Source: Minisyncoccota bacterium (GTDB lineage: Bacteria > Patescibacteriota > Minisyncoccia > Phycocordibacterales > PALSA-1337). From it: a DNA stretch of 64,000 nt. Both the position numbers and the translations under genes were made by a program. The notes beneath the pieces were generated by a model. It did not search any database. It saw nothing but the letters and a program-made list of their open reading frames with translations, and was not told the origin of the DNA. Shown in pieces: positions 49,102 to 58,051 of this stretch. Within the stretch, counting starts at the first letter, position 1, and each line of letters begins with the position of its first letter. The stretch is taken from positions 2,407 to 66,406 of the forward strand of contig DATJGJ010000010.1 of the NCBI GenBank assembly GCA_035495115.1. Direction: 5' to 3'.

Positions 49102-50373
49102 ATGCAAAACTTCTGGCAAAAATTCACCACAGCTCTCAAGGATCCAGTTCTCCGCAAGAGAATAGGCTTTACTATCGGCGCGCTCCTCGTCTTTCGTCTT
49201 TTGGCGACTATTCCAATACCAGGCGTCGATGTAGCAAATCTTTCTAAACTCCTCGCTTCAAGCCAGTTCTTCGGTTTCCTCAACATCTTTTCGGGCGGAG
49301 GCCTCTCGAATCTTTCTATCGTCATGCTTGGTGTCGGTCCTTTTATCACCGCATCGATCATTATCCAGCTCATGACCATGATGTTCCCAAAGTGGAAGGC
49401 TCTCATGCATGATGAAGGTCAAGCTGGCCGCATGAAGCTCTCGAACTATTCACGTATTCTTTCTGTGCCACTTGCTATCGTTCAAGCTATCGGCTTCATC
49501 ATCCTTCTCGAAAATCAGAACGTTATCGCTCATATCGGTGGTATGCAGCTCGCTATCAACGTGCTCGTCGTCTCTGCAGGCTCTATCCTCCTTATGTGGA
49601 TCGGTGAGCTCGTATCGGAGTTCGGTATCGGTAATGGTGTTTCTCTCGTTATCTTCGCAGGTATCGTTTCTCGTTTGCCAAAGGATGCTGTTCAGTTCCT
49701 CTCAACATTCGACTCAAGTCAGATCACGGTCTATCTCGCAGTCCTTGCAGTTGCAATCATCGTTATTGCTGGCGTGGTCTTTGTCACTGAGGCTGAACGT
49801 TCAGTTCCCGTGACTTATGCAAAGCAGGTCCGTGGCAACAAAGTCTATGGAGGCGTTTCCACGTATCTCCCGCTCCGTCTCAACCAAGCAGGCGTTATTC
49901 CTATCATCTTCGCTCTCTCTATTCTTTTGTTCCCTCAGATCATCGCCAACTTCCTCTCTCATGCATCAAATGCAGCTATTGCAGCGTATGCGTCATCATT
50001 TGCAACATTCTTCAATAGCGCATGGGTATATGGCAGTTTCTACTTTATACTCGTTGTTCTCTTCACGTACTTCTATACTGCAGTTACCTTCGATCCTACG
50101 ATGATCTCGCAGAACCTCCAGCAGGGAGGCGCATTCATCCCAGGCGTACGTCCTGGTGATCACACTCGTGATTATCTCGCGGCTATCGTTACCCGTATCA
50201 CTCTCGTCGGCGCAGTCTTCCTTGGTGTTGTAGCCATCTTGCCGCTCATGATGCAGCATCTCACTGGCGTTCAGACGCTCGCTATAGGTGGTACATCTCT
50301 CTTGATCGTGGTCTCAGTCGTTCTCGACCTTTTGAAGAAGATTGATGCTCAGGTATCGATGCGTGAATATTAA
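49102..50373 (+). CDS. secY: Preprotein translocase SecY
   Basis: LGVGPFITASII, GIGNGVS, AGVIPIIFA, FIPGVRPG, GGTSLLIVV. Confidence 0.98.
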   Translation: MQNFWQKFTTALKDPVLRKRIGFTIGALLVFRLLATIPIPGVDVANLSKLLASSQFFGFLNIFSGGGLSNLSIVMLGVGPFITASIIIQLMTMMFPKWKALMHDEGQAGRMKLSNYSRILSVPLAIVQAIGFIILLENQNVIAHIGGMQLAINVLVVSAGSILLMWIGELVSEFGIGNGVSLVIFAGIVSRLPKDAVQFLSTFDSSQITVYLAVLAVAIIVIAGVVFVTEAERSVPVTYAKQVRGNKVYGGVSTYLPLRLNQAGVIPIIFALSILLFPQIIANFLSHASNAAIAAYASSFATFFNSAWVYGSFYFILVVLFTYFYTAVTFDPTMISQNLQQGGAFIPGVRPGDHTRDYLAAIVTRITLVGAVFLGVVAILPLMMQHLTGVQTLAIGGTSLLIVVSVVLDLLKKIDAQVSMREY

Positions 50374-50488
50374 AAAGCGAAAAAGTAAAAATTCAGATAA
50401 GAAAGAACCCCGGCGGATGACGTCGGGGTTTTGATTTAGGTAAATGAAGCTCATCTGCTATACTGTGGCTAATTAATTTAATATTCAC

Positions 50489-51085
50489 ATGTCACCACAA
50501 GCATTCATTTTCGTCGGCAGATCTGGAAGCGGAAAAGGTACTCAAGTAGCTCTTCTTTTAGAGGTGCTCAAGCAAAAGGATCCGACTCATAAGATTTTCA
50601 CTGTTGAAACAGGCAAAGAGCTCCGTAAATTCATCGAGGGAGACACATTCACCCAAAAGCTCGCTCACAAGATCCAGACGTCTGGCGGATTCCAGCCTTC
50701 ATTTCTCGCTATCTACAACTGGGCAAAGGTTTTCATTGATACTTATGAAGAGGGTATGCACATGGTCCTCGACGGCACGTCGCGCAGGCTCCCTGAAGCA
50801 ATCGCTCTTGATTCAGTTTTTGATTTTTATGGCATCTCAAAATGTTGGGTCGTATACCTCGACATTCATGATGAAGAAGCGACCAACCGTCTCCTTGCCC
50901 GCGGTCGTGCAGATGATACGCATGAGGGTATCAAGAACCGTCTCAGTGGTTTTGAGCAGGACATGAAGCCGTCAATCGAATTTTTTAGAAACAATAAGAG
51001 ATATGATTTTTTGGACATAAACGGCATAGGTAAGATAGAAGACATTCACGCCGATATTGTGAAAAAGCTCGGTCTCGATAAATAG
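50489..51085 (+). CDS. adk: Adenylate/NMP kinase (short, LID-less type)
   Basis: GRSGSGKGTQ, LDG, RLLARGRADD; follows secY. Confidence 0.85.
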   Translation: MSPQAFIFVGRSGSGKGTQVALLLEVLKQKDPTHKIFTVETGKELRKFIEGDTFTQKLAHKIQTSGGFQPSFLAIYNWAKVFIDTYEEGMHMVLDGTSRRLPEAIALDSVFDFYGISKCWVVYLDIHDEEATNRLLARGRADDTHEGIKNRLSGFEQDMKPSIEFFRNNKRYDFLDINGIGKIEDIHADIVKKLGLDK

Positions 51086-51131
51086 TTTCGTGGCATTCGT
51101 ATAATTCGTAGATTCGTGTTATTTTGTCTCT

Positions 51132-51899
51132 ATGATCAAGATAAAGACCAAGGAAGATATAGCCATTCTCCGTGAAGGCGGCCGCCGTCATGGGGCTATT
51201 TTGCGTGAATTGGCAAAGATGGTCGCTCCTGGCGTGCATGCGCGTGATCTCGAAAATCGCACCCGCGAGCTCATAGCGGAAGGTGGCGATACGCCGGCTT
51301 TTCTCAATTACACTCCTGTCGGTGCGGACAGGCCGTTCCCGGCAGCCCTTTGTCTCTCTATAAATGATGAAGTGGTCCATGGTATTCCCAATGAAGAAGA
51401 TAAAGTACTCATGGAAGGCGATATCGTCACTCTCGACCTCGGACTCGTTCACAAAGGCCTCATCACTGATGCCGCAGTAACGGTCGCAGTGGGCGCCGTC
51501 ACTCCTGAGCGAGCATTGCTCCTCTCAAAGACAAAAGAGGCTCTCCAGGCCGGTATAAAGGCTGCCAAAGGGGGAAAGAAGGTTGGTGATATCAGTAGTG
51601 CCATCGAACGCATCGGCATCTCAGCGAAGTTTGGTATCGTCGAAGAGCTTGCTGGCCACGGCGTCGGGTATCATGTCCACGAAGATCCTTTCATACCGAA
51701 CTATGGCGAAGCGGGGAAGGGTCCGCTCTTGAAACCAGGCATGGTCATCGCTATTGAGCCTATTTTTAATCTCGGTGACAGGCATGTCGATCTCGATGTT
51801 GATGGATATACATACAAGACTGTTGACGGTAGCCCAAGCGCACATTTCGAGCATACGGTGCTCATCACCAAAGGGGACGCGGAGGTACTCACTGCGTAA
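51132..51899 (+). CDS. map: Methionine aminopeptidase type I
   Basis: SINDEVVHGIP, DLG, TDAA, GHGVG, HEDP, AIEP, SAHFEHT. Confidence 0.97.
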   Translation: MIKIKTKEDIAILREGGRRHGAILRELAKMVAPGVHARDLENRTRELIAEGGDTPAFLNYTPVGADRPFPAALCLSINDEVVHGIPNEEDKVLMEGDIVTLDLGLVHKGLITDAAVTVAVGAVTPERALLLSKTKEALQAGIKAAKGGKKVGDISSAIERIGISAKFGIVEELAGHGVGYHVHEDPFIPNYGEAGKGPLLKPGMVIAIEPIFNLGDRHVDLDVDGYTYKTVDGSPSAHFEHTVLITKGDAEVLTA

Positions 51900-52006
51900 A
51901 AAATTACCTAATTTCTAATTATTCTAATTAATCTAAAGTTGTGATTTAGGAATTAGATTAATTAGGTCAATTAGAAATTGTATCTACAATACTGTACAAT
52001 ATTCGA

Positions 52007-52621
52007 ATGACATCACACCCACATCCCAAACACGAACGCACCCTCGTTATCATCAAACCAGACGGTATCCAGCGAGCTCTTATCGGAGAGATTATCGGAC
52101 GCTATGAGCGCATCGGCCTCAAACTGGTCGGCATCAAAATGCTTACGCCTACGGCGGAAATGATAGAGAAGCATTATACTCTTGATCCAGAGTGGATGAT
52201 GAAGACGGGGTTGAAGACGCTGAAAGGGTATACAGATAAGGGCCTCGTATCTCCAGAACAAGATCCTCTCAAGATTACCGCGCGCCTCCTTAGGCGTCTG
52301 GTGGCATATATGACAACTGGTCCTGTTATCGCCATGGTTTGGCAGGGGGCACATGCAGTTGAGATCGTACGTAAATTAACGGGCAGTACCGAACCGCTTA
52401 CTTCTGATGTGGGTACGATTCGCGGCGATTTCGTCCTTGATTCGTATCGTATGAGCGACAGCGATGATCGTACTATCCGTAATTTGATACATGCTTCAGG
52501 ATCAGTCAAAGAAGCGAATGATGAAATCGCATACTGGTTCAAAGAAAACGAGCTCTTTCAATACAATTTGATGGTTGAAGCGATGCTCTACGGAAAAAAT
52601 ATCGACGGGATTTTGGGGTAA
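52007..52621 (+). CDS. ndk: Nucleoside-diphosphate kinase
   Basis: ERTLVIIKPDG, GTIRGDF, NLIHASGS. Confidence 0.95.
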   Translation: MTSHPHPKHERTLVIIKPDGIQRALIGEIIGRYERIGLKLVGIKMLTPTAEMIEKHYTLDPEWMMKTGLKTLKGYTDKGLVSPEQDPLKITARLLRRLVAYMTTGPVIAMVWQGAHAVEIVRKLTGSTEPLTSDVGTIRGDFVLDSYRMSDSDDRTIRNLIHASGSVKEANDEIAYWFKENELFQYNLMVEAMLYGKNIDGILG

Positions 52622-52740
52622 GTTATTTTGGTGAGACAAATAAAGCTTGAGTGCAGTATTAATTTTGTTGCTTGTCAAAGAAAGTGGTAAAACTCAATAT
52701 TCACACTTGCATTACTCTGTAGGAGGAATACAATGAATTC

Positions 52741-52873
52741 AGGTTGCGAGAGTTAAACCCTAAACTTTTCAACGGTAAGTCGACGAACTCCTGAAGTTCA
52801 CATTCACTTGTGCTTTTGCACGTTAGAGATAGACAAACCACCTAGAATATCTAGGTCTGACTCTCGCAATCCT
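52741..52873 (+). ncRNA. Candidate structured non-coding RNA (possibly 6S-like)
   Basis: TTGCAT-16-TACAAT promoter (52707-52734); 5' GGTTGCGAGAGTTA pairs with 3' TGACTCTCGCAATC; internal hairpins; terminator hairpin 52875-52914. Confidence 0.6.
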
Positions 52874-52960
52874 TAGTAAAACATCTGGTATCTGCTGATA
52901 TCAGGTGTTTTACTTTACGGCTCTGTTTACCGATTACTGTTTACGGATTACAATGTCTCT

Positions 52961-54319
52961 ATGAATCAAAACAAAATCACATTCTGCACAGGCGTAGGGA
53001 CAGTGACGGGAGCAAACTTTCTTTTTGAAGCTGTAGGTAAAAAAATCCTCGTTGATTGCGGTATGGTCCAAGGGGAGAGGGTGGCGCAGCAGCAAAACTA
53101 CGAGCCTTTTGGCTATGATGTTGCGTCGATCGATTTTCTTTTTATCACCCACGCTCACCTCGACCACGTCGGTCGCATCCCAAAGCTGGTCAAAGAAGGC
53201 TTCAGAGGAGTTATTTACTCGACATCTGAGACTCGTGAGCTCGCTGAGCTCGTCTTGAATGATGCAGTCAATATCCTCACCATGGAAGCAGAGCAACATG
53301 GTCTCGAACCACTCTATAACGTCGACGATGTCGCTCAAGTCTTTCCGCTATGGAAAACCATTGCCTATCATGAAAAGTTCGAAGTGACACCGGGTGTTTC
53401 AGTGTTTCTCAAAGATGCGGGACATATCTTGGGATCAAGTATGTTCGAGTTTTCTATTGGAAACAAAAAAGTTCTTTTTACAGGTGATCTAGGTAATTCG
53501 CCCGCACCCCTTCTCCGCGATACGGAGCCAGTAGGCGACGTTGATTATCTCATCATGGAAAGTGTCTATGGTGATCGCAATCATGAAACCCGCGAAACGC
53601 GTCTCGAAGAATTCACAAAAGTCATCAACGATACGTTAGCTCGTGGAGGTACGCTTGTCATTCCTGCCTTCTCAATTGATCGCACACAAGTTCTTTTATA
53701 TGAATTGAACAACTTGGTCAAAGACAAAAAGATCCCTTCAGTGCCCGTATTCCTTGACTCACCGATGGGGGAGAAGGCAACTGCTATATATCGTGCAAGC
53801 ACAGAGTTTTTCAACCCCACTGCTCAACAGCAAATCAGAAATGGGGATGATGTTTTCTCTTTCCCACATCTGACTTTTGTTGAGTCTCAGCGCGAGTCTC
53901 AGGGCGTAGATCGATTGAAAGGTGCAAAGATTATTCTTGCTGGTTCAGGCATGTCAGTCGGCGGACGCGTCATAGGACATGAACAGCATTTTCTCGGTGA
54001 TCCACAGAGCACGATCCTCCTTGTCGGGTATCAAGCGTCCGGCTCTCTCGGTCGCGAGCTCGCCGATGGAGGCAAGAAGGTAGTCATCCACGGTCAGAAG
54101 ATAGAAGTGAAAGCGCATATTGAAACCCTCTATGGCTATTCAGCTCATAAGGATGGCGATCATCTGGTTGAATTTGTTTCTACAGGCACTGATAGGCTCA
54201 AGGAGGTATTCGTAGTCATGGGCGAGCCAGGAGCGTCTATGCACCTCGCCCAGCGTCTCAATGATGAGCTCAATGTGAAGGCTGTCGTGCCGGAGAGGAT
54301 GAAGGGGTATGAGGTTTAA
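52961..54319 (+). CDS. MBL-fold beta-CASP ribonuclease (YSH1-like)
   Basis: VDCG, THAHLDHVG, AGHILGS, GDLG, ESVYG, SGMSVGGR, YSAHKD. Confidence 0.93.
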   Translation: MNQNKITFCTGVGTVTGANFLFEAVGKKILVDCGMVQGERVAQQQNYEPFGYDVASIDFLFITHAHLDHVGRIPKLVKEGFRGVIYSTSETRELAELVLNDAVNILTMEAEQHGLEPLYNVDDVAQVFPLWKTIAYHEKFEVTPGVSVFLKDAGHILGSSMFEFSIGNKKVLFTGDLGNSPAPLLRDTEPVGDVDYLIMESVYGDRNHETRETRLEEFTKVINDTLARGGTLVIPAFSIDRTQVLLYELNNLVKDKKIPSVPVFLDSPMGEKATAIYRASTEFFNPTAQQQIRNGDDVFSFPHLTFVESQRESQGVDRLKGAKIILAGSGMSVGGRVIGHEQHFLGDPQSTILLVGYQASGSLGRELADGGKKVVIHGQKIEVKAHIETLYGYSAHKDGDHLVEFVSTGTDRLKEVFVVMGEPGASMHLAQRLNDELNVKAVVPERMKGYEV

Positions 54320-54363
54320 ATACAAAAAATCCCCAAGCGGGGATTTTTTTGAGTAAGAAAAGC

Positions 54364-54714
54364 TTATTTTACTGAAGTGACAACTCTCTTGAAAGCTTCA
54401 GGCTTGAACTCAGCGAGATGAGCGAGAGCTTTGCGGTCGAGGAGGATACCAGCTTTCTTTGCTGAGCCCATCCACTTGCTGTATGAGAGCTTTGCATCTA
54501 TAGCACGAAGACCAGCATTGATCTTGACGTTCCAGAGGCGGCGCATGTCGCCCTTCTTGTCGCGACGGTGTGCGAACGCATATGCACCAGCATGTGCGAG
54601 AGCTTCGATTGCAGCCTTTTCATTTGTTGAACGGCGGAAACGAAAACCTTTAGCCTGCTTGAGGATATTGCGACGGGTTTTTAATGCATTGACTCCTTTT
54701 TTGACGCGTACCAT
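54364..54714 (-). CDS. rplT: 50S ribosomal protein L20
   Basis: MVRVKKG, AKGF, RRDKKGDMRRLW, LDRKAL. Confidence 0.97.
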   Translation of the reverse strand: MVRVKKGVNALKTRRNILKQAKGFRFRRSTNEKAAIEALAHAGAYAFAHRRDKKGDMRRLWNVKINAGLRAIDAKLSYSKWMGSAKKAGILLDRKALAHLAEFKPEAFKRVVTSVK

Positions 54715-54817
54715 ATAAGTAAATGTTAATAGCTATTAATTAATTGAATATTCTAGTTGCAAGTGACAAGTGGCAAGTTGTAATTACTTGTACCTTGTTA
54801 CTTGCAACTTGGAACTG

Positions 54818-55015
54818 TTAAAAACTTGTTGAAAGGAAACGACTGCGAGCCTTGTTGCCCATAGTGATGACCTGTGTGCGACGTTTGCTCATACTGGTTG
54901 CACTGCGCTCCTTTGCATTGTAGTGGTTCTGACCAGGCTTGCGAGCGATGAGTTTGCCATTTTTGGTGACCTTCATGCGCTTTAAGTATGATTTATTTGT
55001 TTTTGTTGTAGACAT
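54818..55015 (-). CDS. rpmI: 50S ribosomal protein L35
   Basis: KTNKSYLKRMKVTKNGK...NHYNAK; lies between infC and rplT. Confidence 0.93.
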   Translation of the reverse strand: MSTTKTNKSYLKRMKVTKNGKLIARKPGQNHYNAKERSATSMSKRRTQVITMGNKARSRFLSTSF

Positions 55016-55046
55016 ATATTTAAAGTTAATTTAAAAGTTTAAGCGA

Positions 55047-55550
55047 TTATTTCTTTTCAAGATAGACAGTGAGTCCTTTTGGACCTTTGACTGGCTCTTG
55101 GGCAATCTTGTATTCGACAGTGATGAGCTTCAAGATGCGTTCGAGGCGCTCCTTGAGGAAGTTGAGATCCATGAACTTCGATCGTCCGACGAGGTAGAGG
55201 TCAACTTTGACGCGATTGCCTTCTGACAACCACTCAGAAGCCTTTTTTGCTTTGAGTTCGAGATCGTGCTCGCCAGTACCAATTTTGACCTGAACACTCT
55301 TGAGTTCACTGATCTGGGTACGAGCTTTGGCGACCTTCTCTTTCTTCTTTTCATCGTACTGATACTTGCCATAATCCATAATCTTGGCAACAGGAGGAAC
55401 TGCTGTAGGGGAGATCTCAATGAGATCGAGTCCGCGAGCTTTGGCCTCTGCCAATGCCTTATCTGTCGATATTACACCCAGGTTTTCACCTTCGGCTGTG
55501 ATAACGCGCAGTTCTGGCGCTTTTATTTGGTGATTTATACGTGCTTTCAT
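55047..55550 (-). CDS. infC: Translation initiation factor IF-3
   Basis: RINHQI, LDLIEISP, PPVAKIMDYGKY, GEHDL. Confidence 0.96.
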   Translation of the reverse strand: MKARINHQIKAPELRVITAEGENLGVISTDKALAEAKARGLDLIEISPTAVPPVAKIMDYGKYQYDEKKKEKVAKARTQISELKSVQVKIGTGEHDLELKAKKASEWLSEGNRVKVDLYLVGRSKFMDLNFLKERLERILKLITVEYKIAQEPVKGPKGLTVYLEKK

Positions 55551-55676
55551 CAATAGATTACAGGTTATATTTATAGCATATAGCGCATTATTTATCAACA
55601 GTTGGATGTTTCGGGTCTATGTAAATGCGCTACAATGGGTATATGTGTTCGTTTACTATATATTAATAATAATTTT

Positions 55677-56348
55677 ATGAAACTTACTCGCACATCAGTA
55701 CTCGCTGCTTCAAGTCTCCTCATCGGAGGATTCATGGGGGCATCAGCGCTCGTAGCGCTCGCTGGCTGGACAAATGCACCAGCAAATCCTCCTTCAAACA
55801 ATGCAGCTGCGCCAGTCAATGTTGGTGGTGGTGATTATCCTGCCGGTGATTCAAGAAACTACTCGCAGACAAAAACAGGCCTTTTGGGTCTTGGAAATTT
55901 TCAATTTGTTCCACCTGGAATGCCTGCTACAGGTACAACTGGAAAGGTTCTCACTGCTATAGATGATTTCGGCACAGTTGGATGGGGTAATGCTGGCGGA
56001 GGGCAGTCGATACATTTTATAACCCCGGTTTCTATCACACTCGCAACTCCTAGTGGCACCTGGTCAACTTTTAACGCATCTCCGTACATACCGTCGACTA
56101 ATGTAAGCGCTGTTATACTTCAATATTACGCTCAGATTGGTCAGGGACAAAATGAGATCGACGTAAGACAAAATTCATCAGCACAATCATATCCACTTAT
56201 TGACTGCGAACCAAACGGCAGTTCAGATACTTGTACAGTAAAAGGAATGGGCTTTGGGCCAATAAATTCAGATAAGACATTTCAGTATGCACAGTTTTAT
56301 AGAGGCGGAAGTCGCACGTTGCAACTGGTCGGTTATGTGGGAAACTAA
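55677..56348 (+). CDS. Secreted protein with fibre-like C-terminal domain
   Basis: Signal peptide, WTNAPANPPSNNAAAPVNVG...QTKTG motif, GKVLTAID..G...W. Confidence 0.7.
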   Translation: MKLTRTSVLAASSLLIGGFMGASALVALAGWTNAPANPPSNNAAAPVNVGGGDYPAGDSRNYSQTKTGLLGLGNFQFVPPGMPATGTTGKVLTAIDDFGTVGWGNAGGGQSIHFITPVSITLATPSGTWSTFNASPYIPSTNVSAVILQYYAQIGQGQNEIDVRQNSSAQSYPLIDCEPNGSSDTCTVKGMGFGPINSDKTFQYAQFYRGGSRTLQLVGYVGN

Positions 56349-56409
56349 ATCAGCGCAAAATAAATCAAGTAAGTAATAAAAACCATCCTTATGAGGTGGT
56401 TTTTATATA

Positions 56410-57489
56410 TTACAAAAACTTTCTCACGAGCGTGATAAGTTTCTCCGGTATCTTCTCCACGAAGAACCGGTTTTTCCATTCAGGGTAGAGCACTTCTTTG
56501 CTGTCTTGTATATCGCGTACGAATAGCGCGACGAGCTCTTCGGCAAAGCGCCCATTTCTACTGATGATGTTCGCTTCAAAGTTGTAGAGCAAGCTGACAC
56601 GATCAAGGTTCATGGTGCCGACGGTTGCCCATTCACCGTCGATGACAGCGGTTTTGGCGTGGATCATATTCCCTGAGTAGAGGAATATGCGCACTCCCGA
56701 TGAGAGGAGAGTATTGAAGTATGATCGCGCGCCAAGGTCTACGGCATAGTAGTTTGAGTTCTCTGGAATGATAATGCGCACATCGACGCCACGCCGGGCT
56801 GCGAGACGGAAGATGCGCACCAGACGACGAGTCGGAACAAAATAAGGATTGGTGATATATATGTATTTACGCGCTGAACGCACTGCTTCGATGAGCTCGG
56901 TGTAGATGTGGCGGCGACGGGGAGCGGGGTAGTTGGTGATATAGCGGAATTCGTGATTGCGAACATGGATGCGTTCGGGCATAACCTGAGAATGTTTGGC
57001 ACGTGCCCACATACGATCAAAAGCATTCTTCATTTCTTGAACCACTGACCCTTCGAGGCGTAGATTTGTATCGCGCCAGCTTTTCATGGGTTCATAGACG
57101 CACATGCTACCGGTATAGCCTATACGGTCATCGATAACGAGCGTGCGACGATGGTTGCGGAAGAACCATGCACGGAAATTTGGGATTTTCGAATAGTCAG
57201 GTATGAGCGTTTTCCAAAAAATAAGCTCGATACCTTTCTTTTTGAGATCCTCGGCGATGTTCGAACCCCATAGAGTGAAGCTACCAGCTGCATCCCAGAG
57301 AAAGCGCACTTTTACTCCTTGTGCCGCACGTTCGGCGCAGACGTCCATGAGCTTTTTGCCAAAATCATCTGCAACAAAGATGTATTGTTCGAGTACAATA
57401 CTCTCTTTCGCTTGGGCGCAGTCAGCGAGCATTGCTGCCCAGGCTTCTTCGTTCGATGAGTAGAGATTCCAGGTTGTTTCGTGATTCAT
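56410..57489 (-). CDS. Cardiolipin synthase-like phospholipase D
   Basis: NHRRTLVID (variant HKD) and HAKTAVID; NPYFVP; NLDRVSL..NFE. Confidence 0.9.
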   Translation of the reverse strand: MNHETTWNLYSSNEEAWAAMLADCAQAKESIVLEQYIFVADDFGKKLMDVCAERAAQGVKVRFLWDAAGSFTLWGSNIAEDLKKKGIELIFWKTLIPDYSKIPNFRAWFFRNHRRTLVIDDRIGYTGSMCVYEPMKSWRDTNLRLEGSVVQEMKNAFDRMWARAKHSQVMPERIHVRNHEFRYITNYPAPRRRHIYTELIEAVRSARKYIYITNPYFVPTRRLVRIFRLAARRGVDVRIIIPENSNYYAVDLGARSYFNTLLSSGVRIFLYSGNMIHAKTAVIDGEWATVGTMNLDRVSLLYNFEANIISRNGRFAEELVALFVRDIQDSKEVLYPEWKNRFFVEKIPEKLITLVRKFL

Positions 57490-57515
57490 GGGTAAAAGTA
57501 TACTATACTTCCTCT

Positions 57516-57956
57516 ATGGTTGTTTTGATCGATTACCGCAAAGCTCACTTCGAATATGAGATCCTCGAGAAATACGAGGCTGGCATCGAGCTGCTCGGTT
57601 TCGAGGTGAAGTCGCTCAAAGGCAAGCATGGCTCTCTCGATGGGGCATATGTGCTCGTGAAGGGAGGCGAGGCGTGGATCCAAAACATGCTTATCCCTCC
57701 GTATCAGGAGAAGAATACGCCCAAAGACTATGAGCCGCGTCGCCATCGTCGGTTGATCATGAAAAAGAAGGAGATTGCGCAAATAGCTGATGTTGCCAAA
57801 GGATTGACAGTAGTGCCAATTTCAATGTACACTAAAAACAACCTTATCAAGGTCACCGTCGCTATCGTCAAAGGAAAAAAGAAGTATGATAAGAGAGAGA
57901 CGACAAAGAAACGCGAGGCAGATAGGGAGATGGGAAGGGTTATGAGGGATCGTTGA
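57516..57956 (+). CDS. smpB: SsrA-binding protein
   Basis: KAHFEYEILEKYEAGIELLGFEVKSL, GKKKYDKRE. Confidence 0.97.
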   Translation: MVVLIDYRKAHFEYEILEKYEAGIELLGFEVKSLKGKHGSLDGAYVLVKGGEAWIQNMLIPPYQEKNTPKDYEPRRHRRLIMKKKEIAQIADVAKGLTVVPISMYTKNNLIKVTVAIVKGKKKYDKRETTKKREADREMGRVMRDR

Positions 57957-58051
57957 AAATTAAGTACACTACTTCTGTAGGAGGTCAGGTCGAAATTTTT
58001 TGTTGCTCACGCAACAAAAATATTTCGACACGATTTCCTTACAGGGAAATC

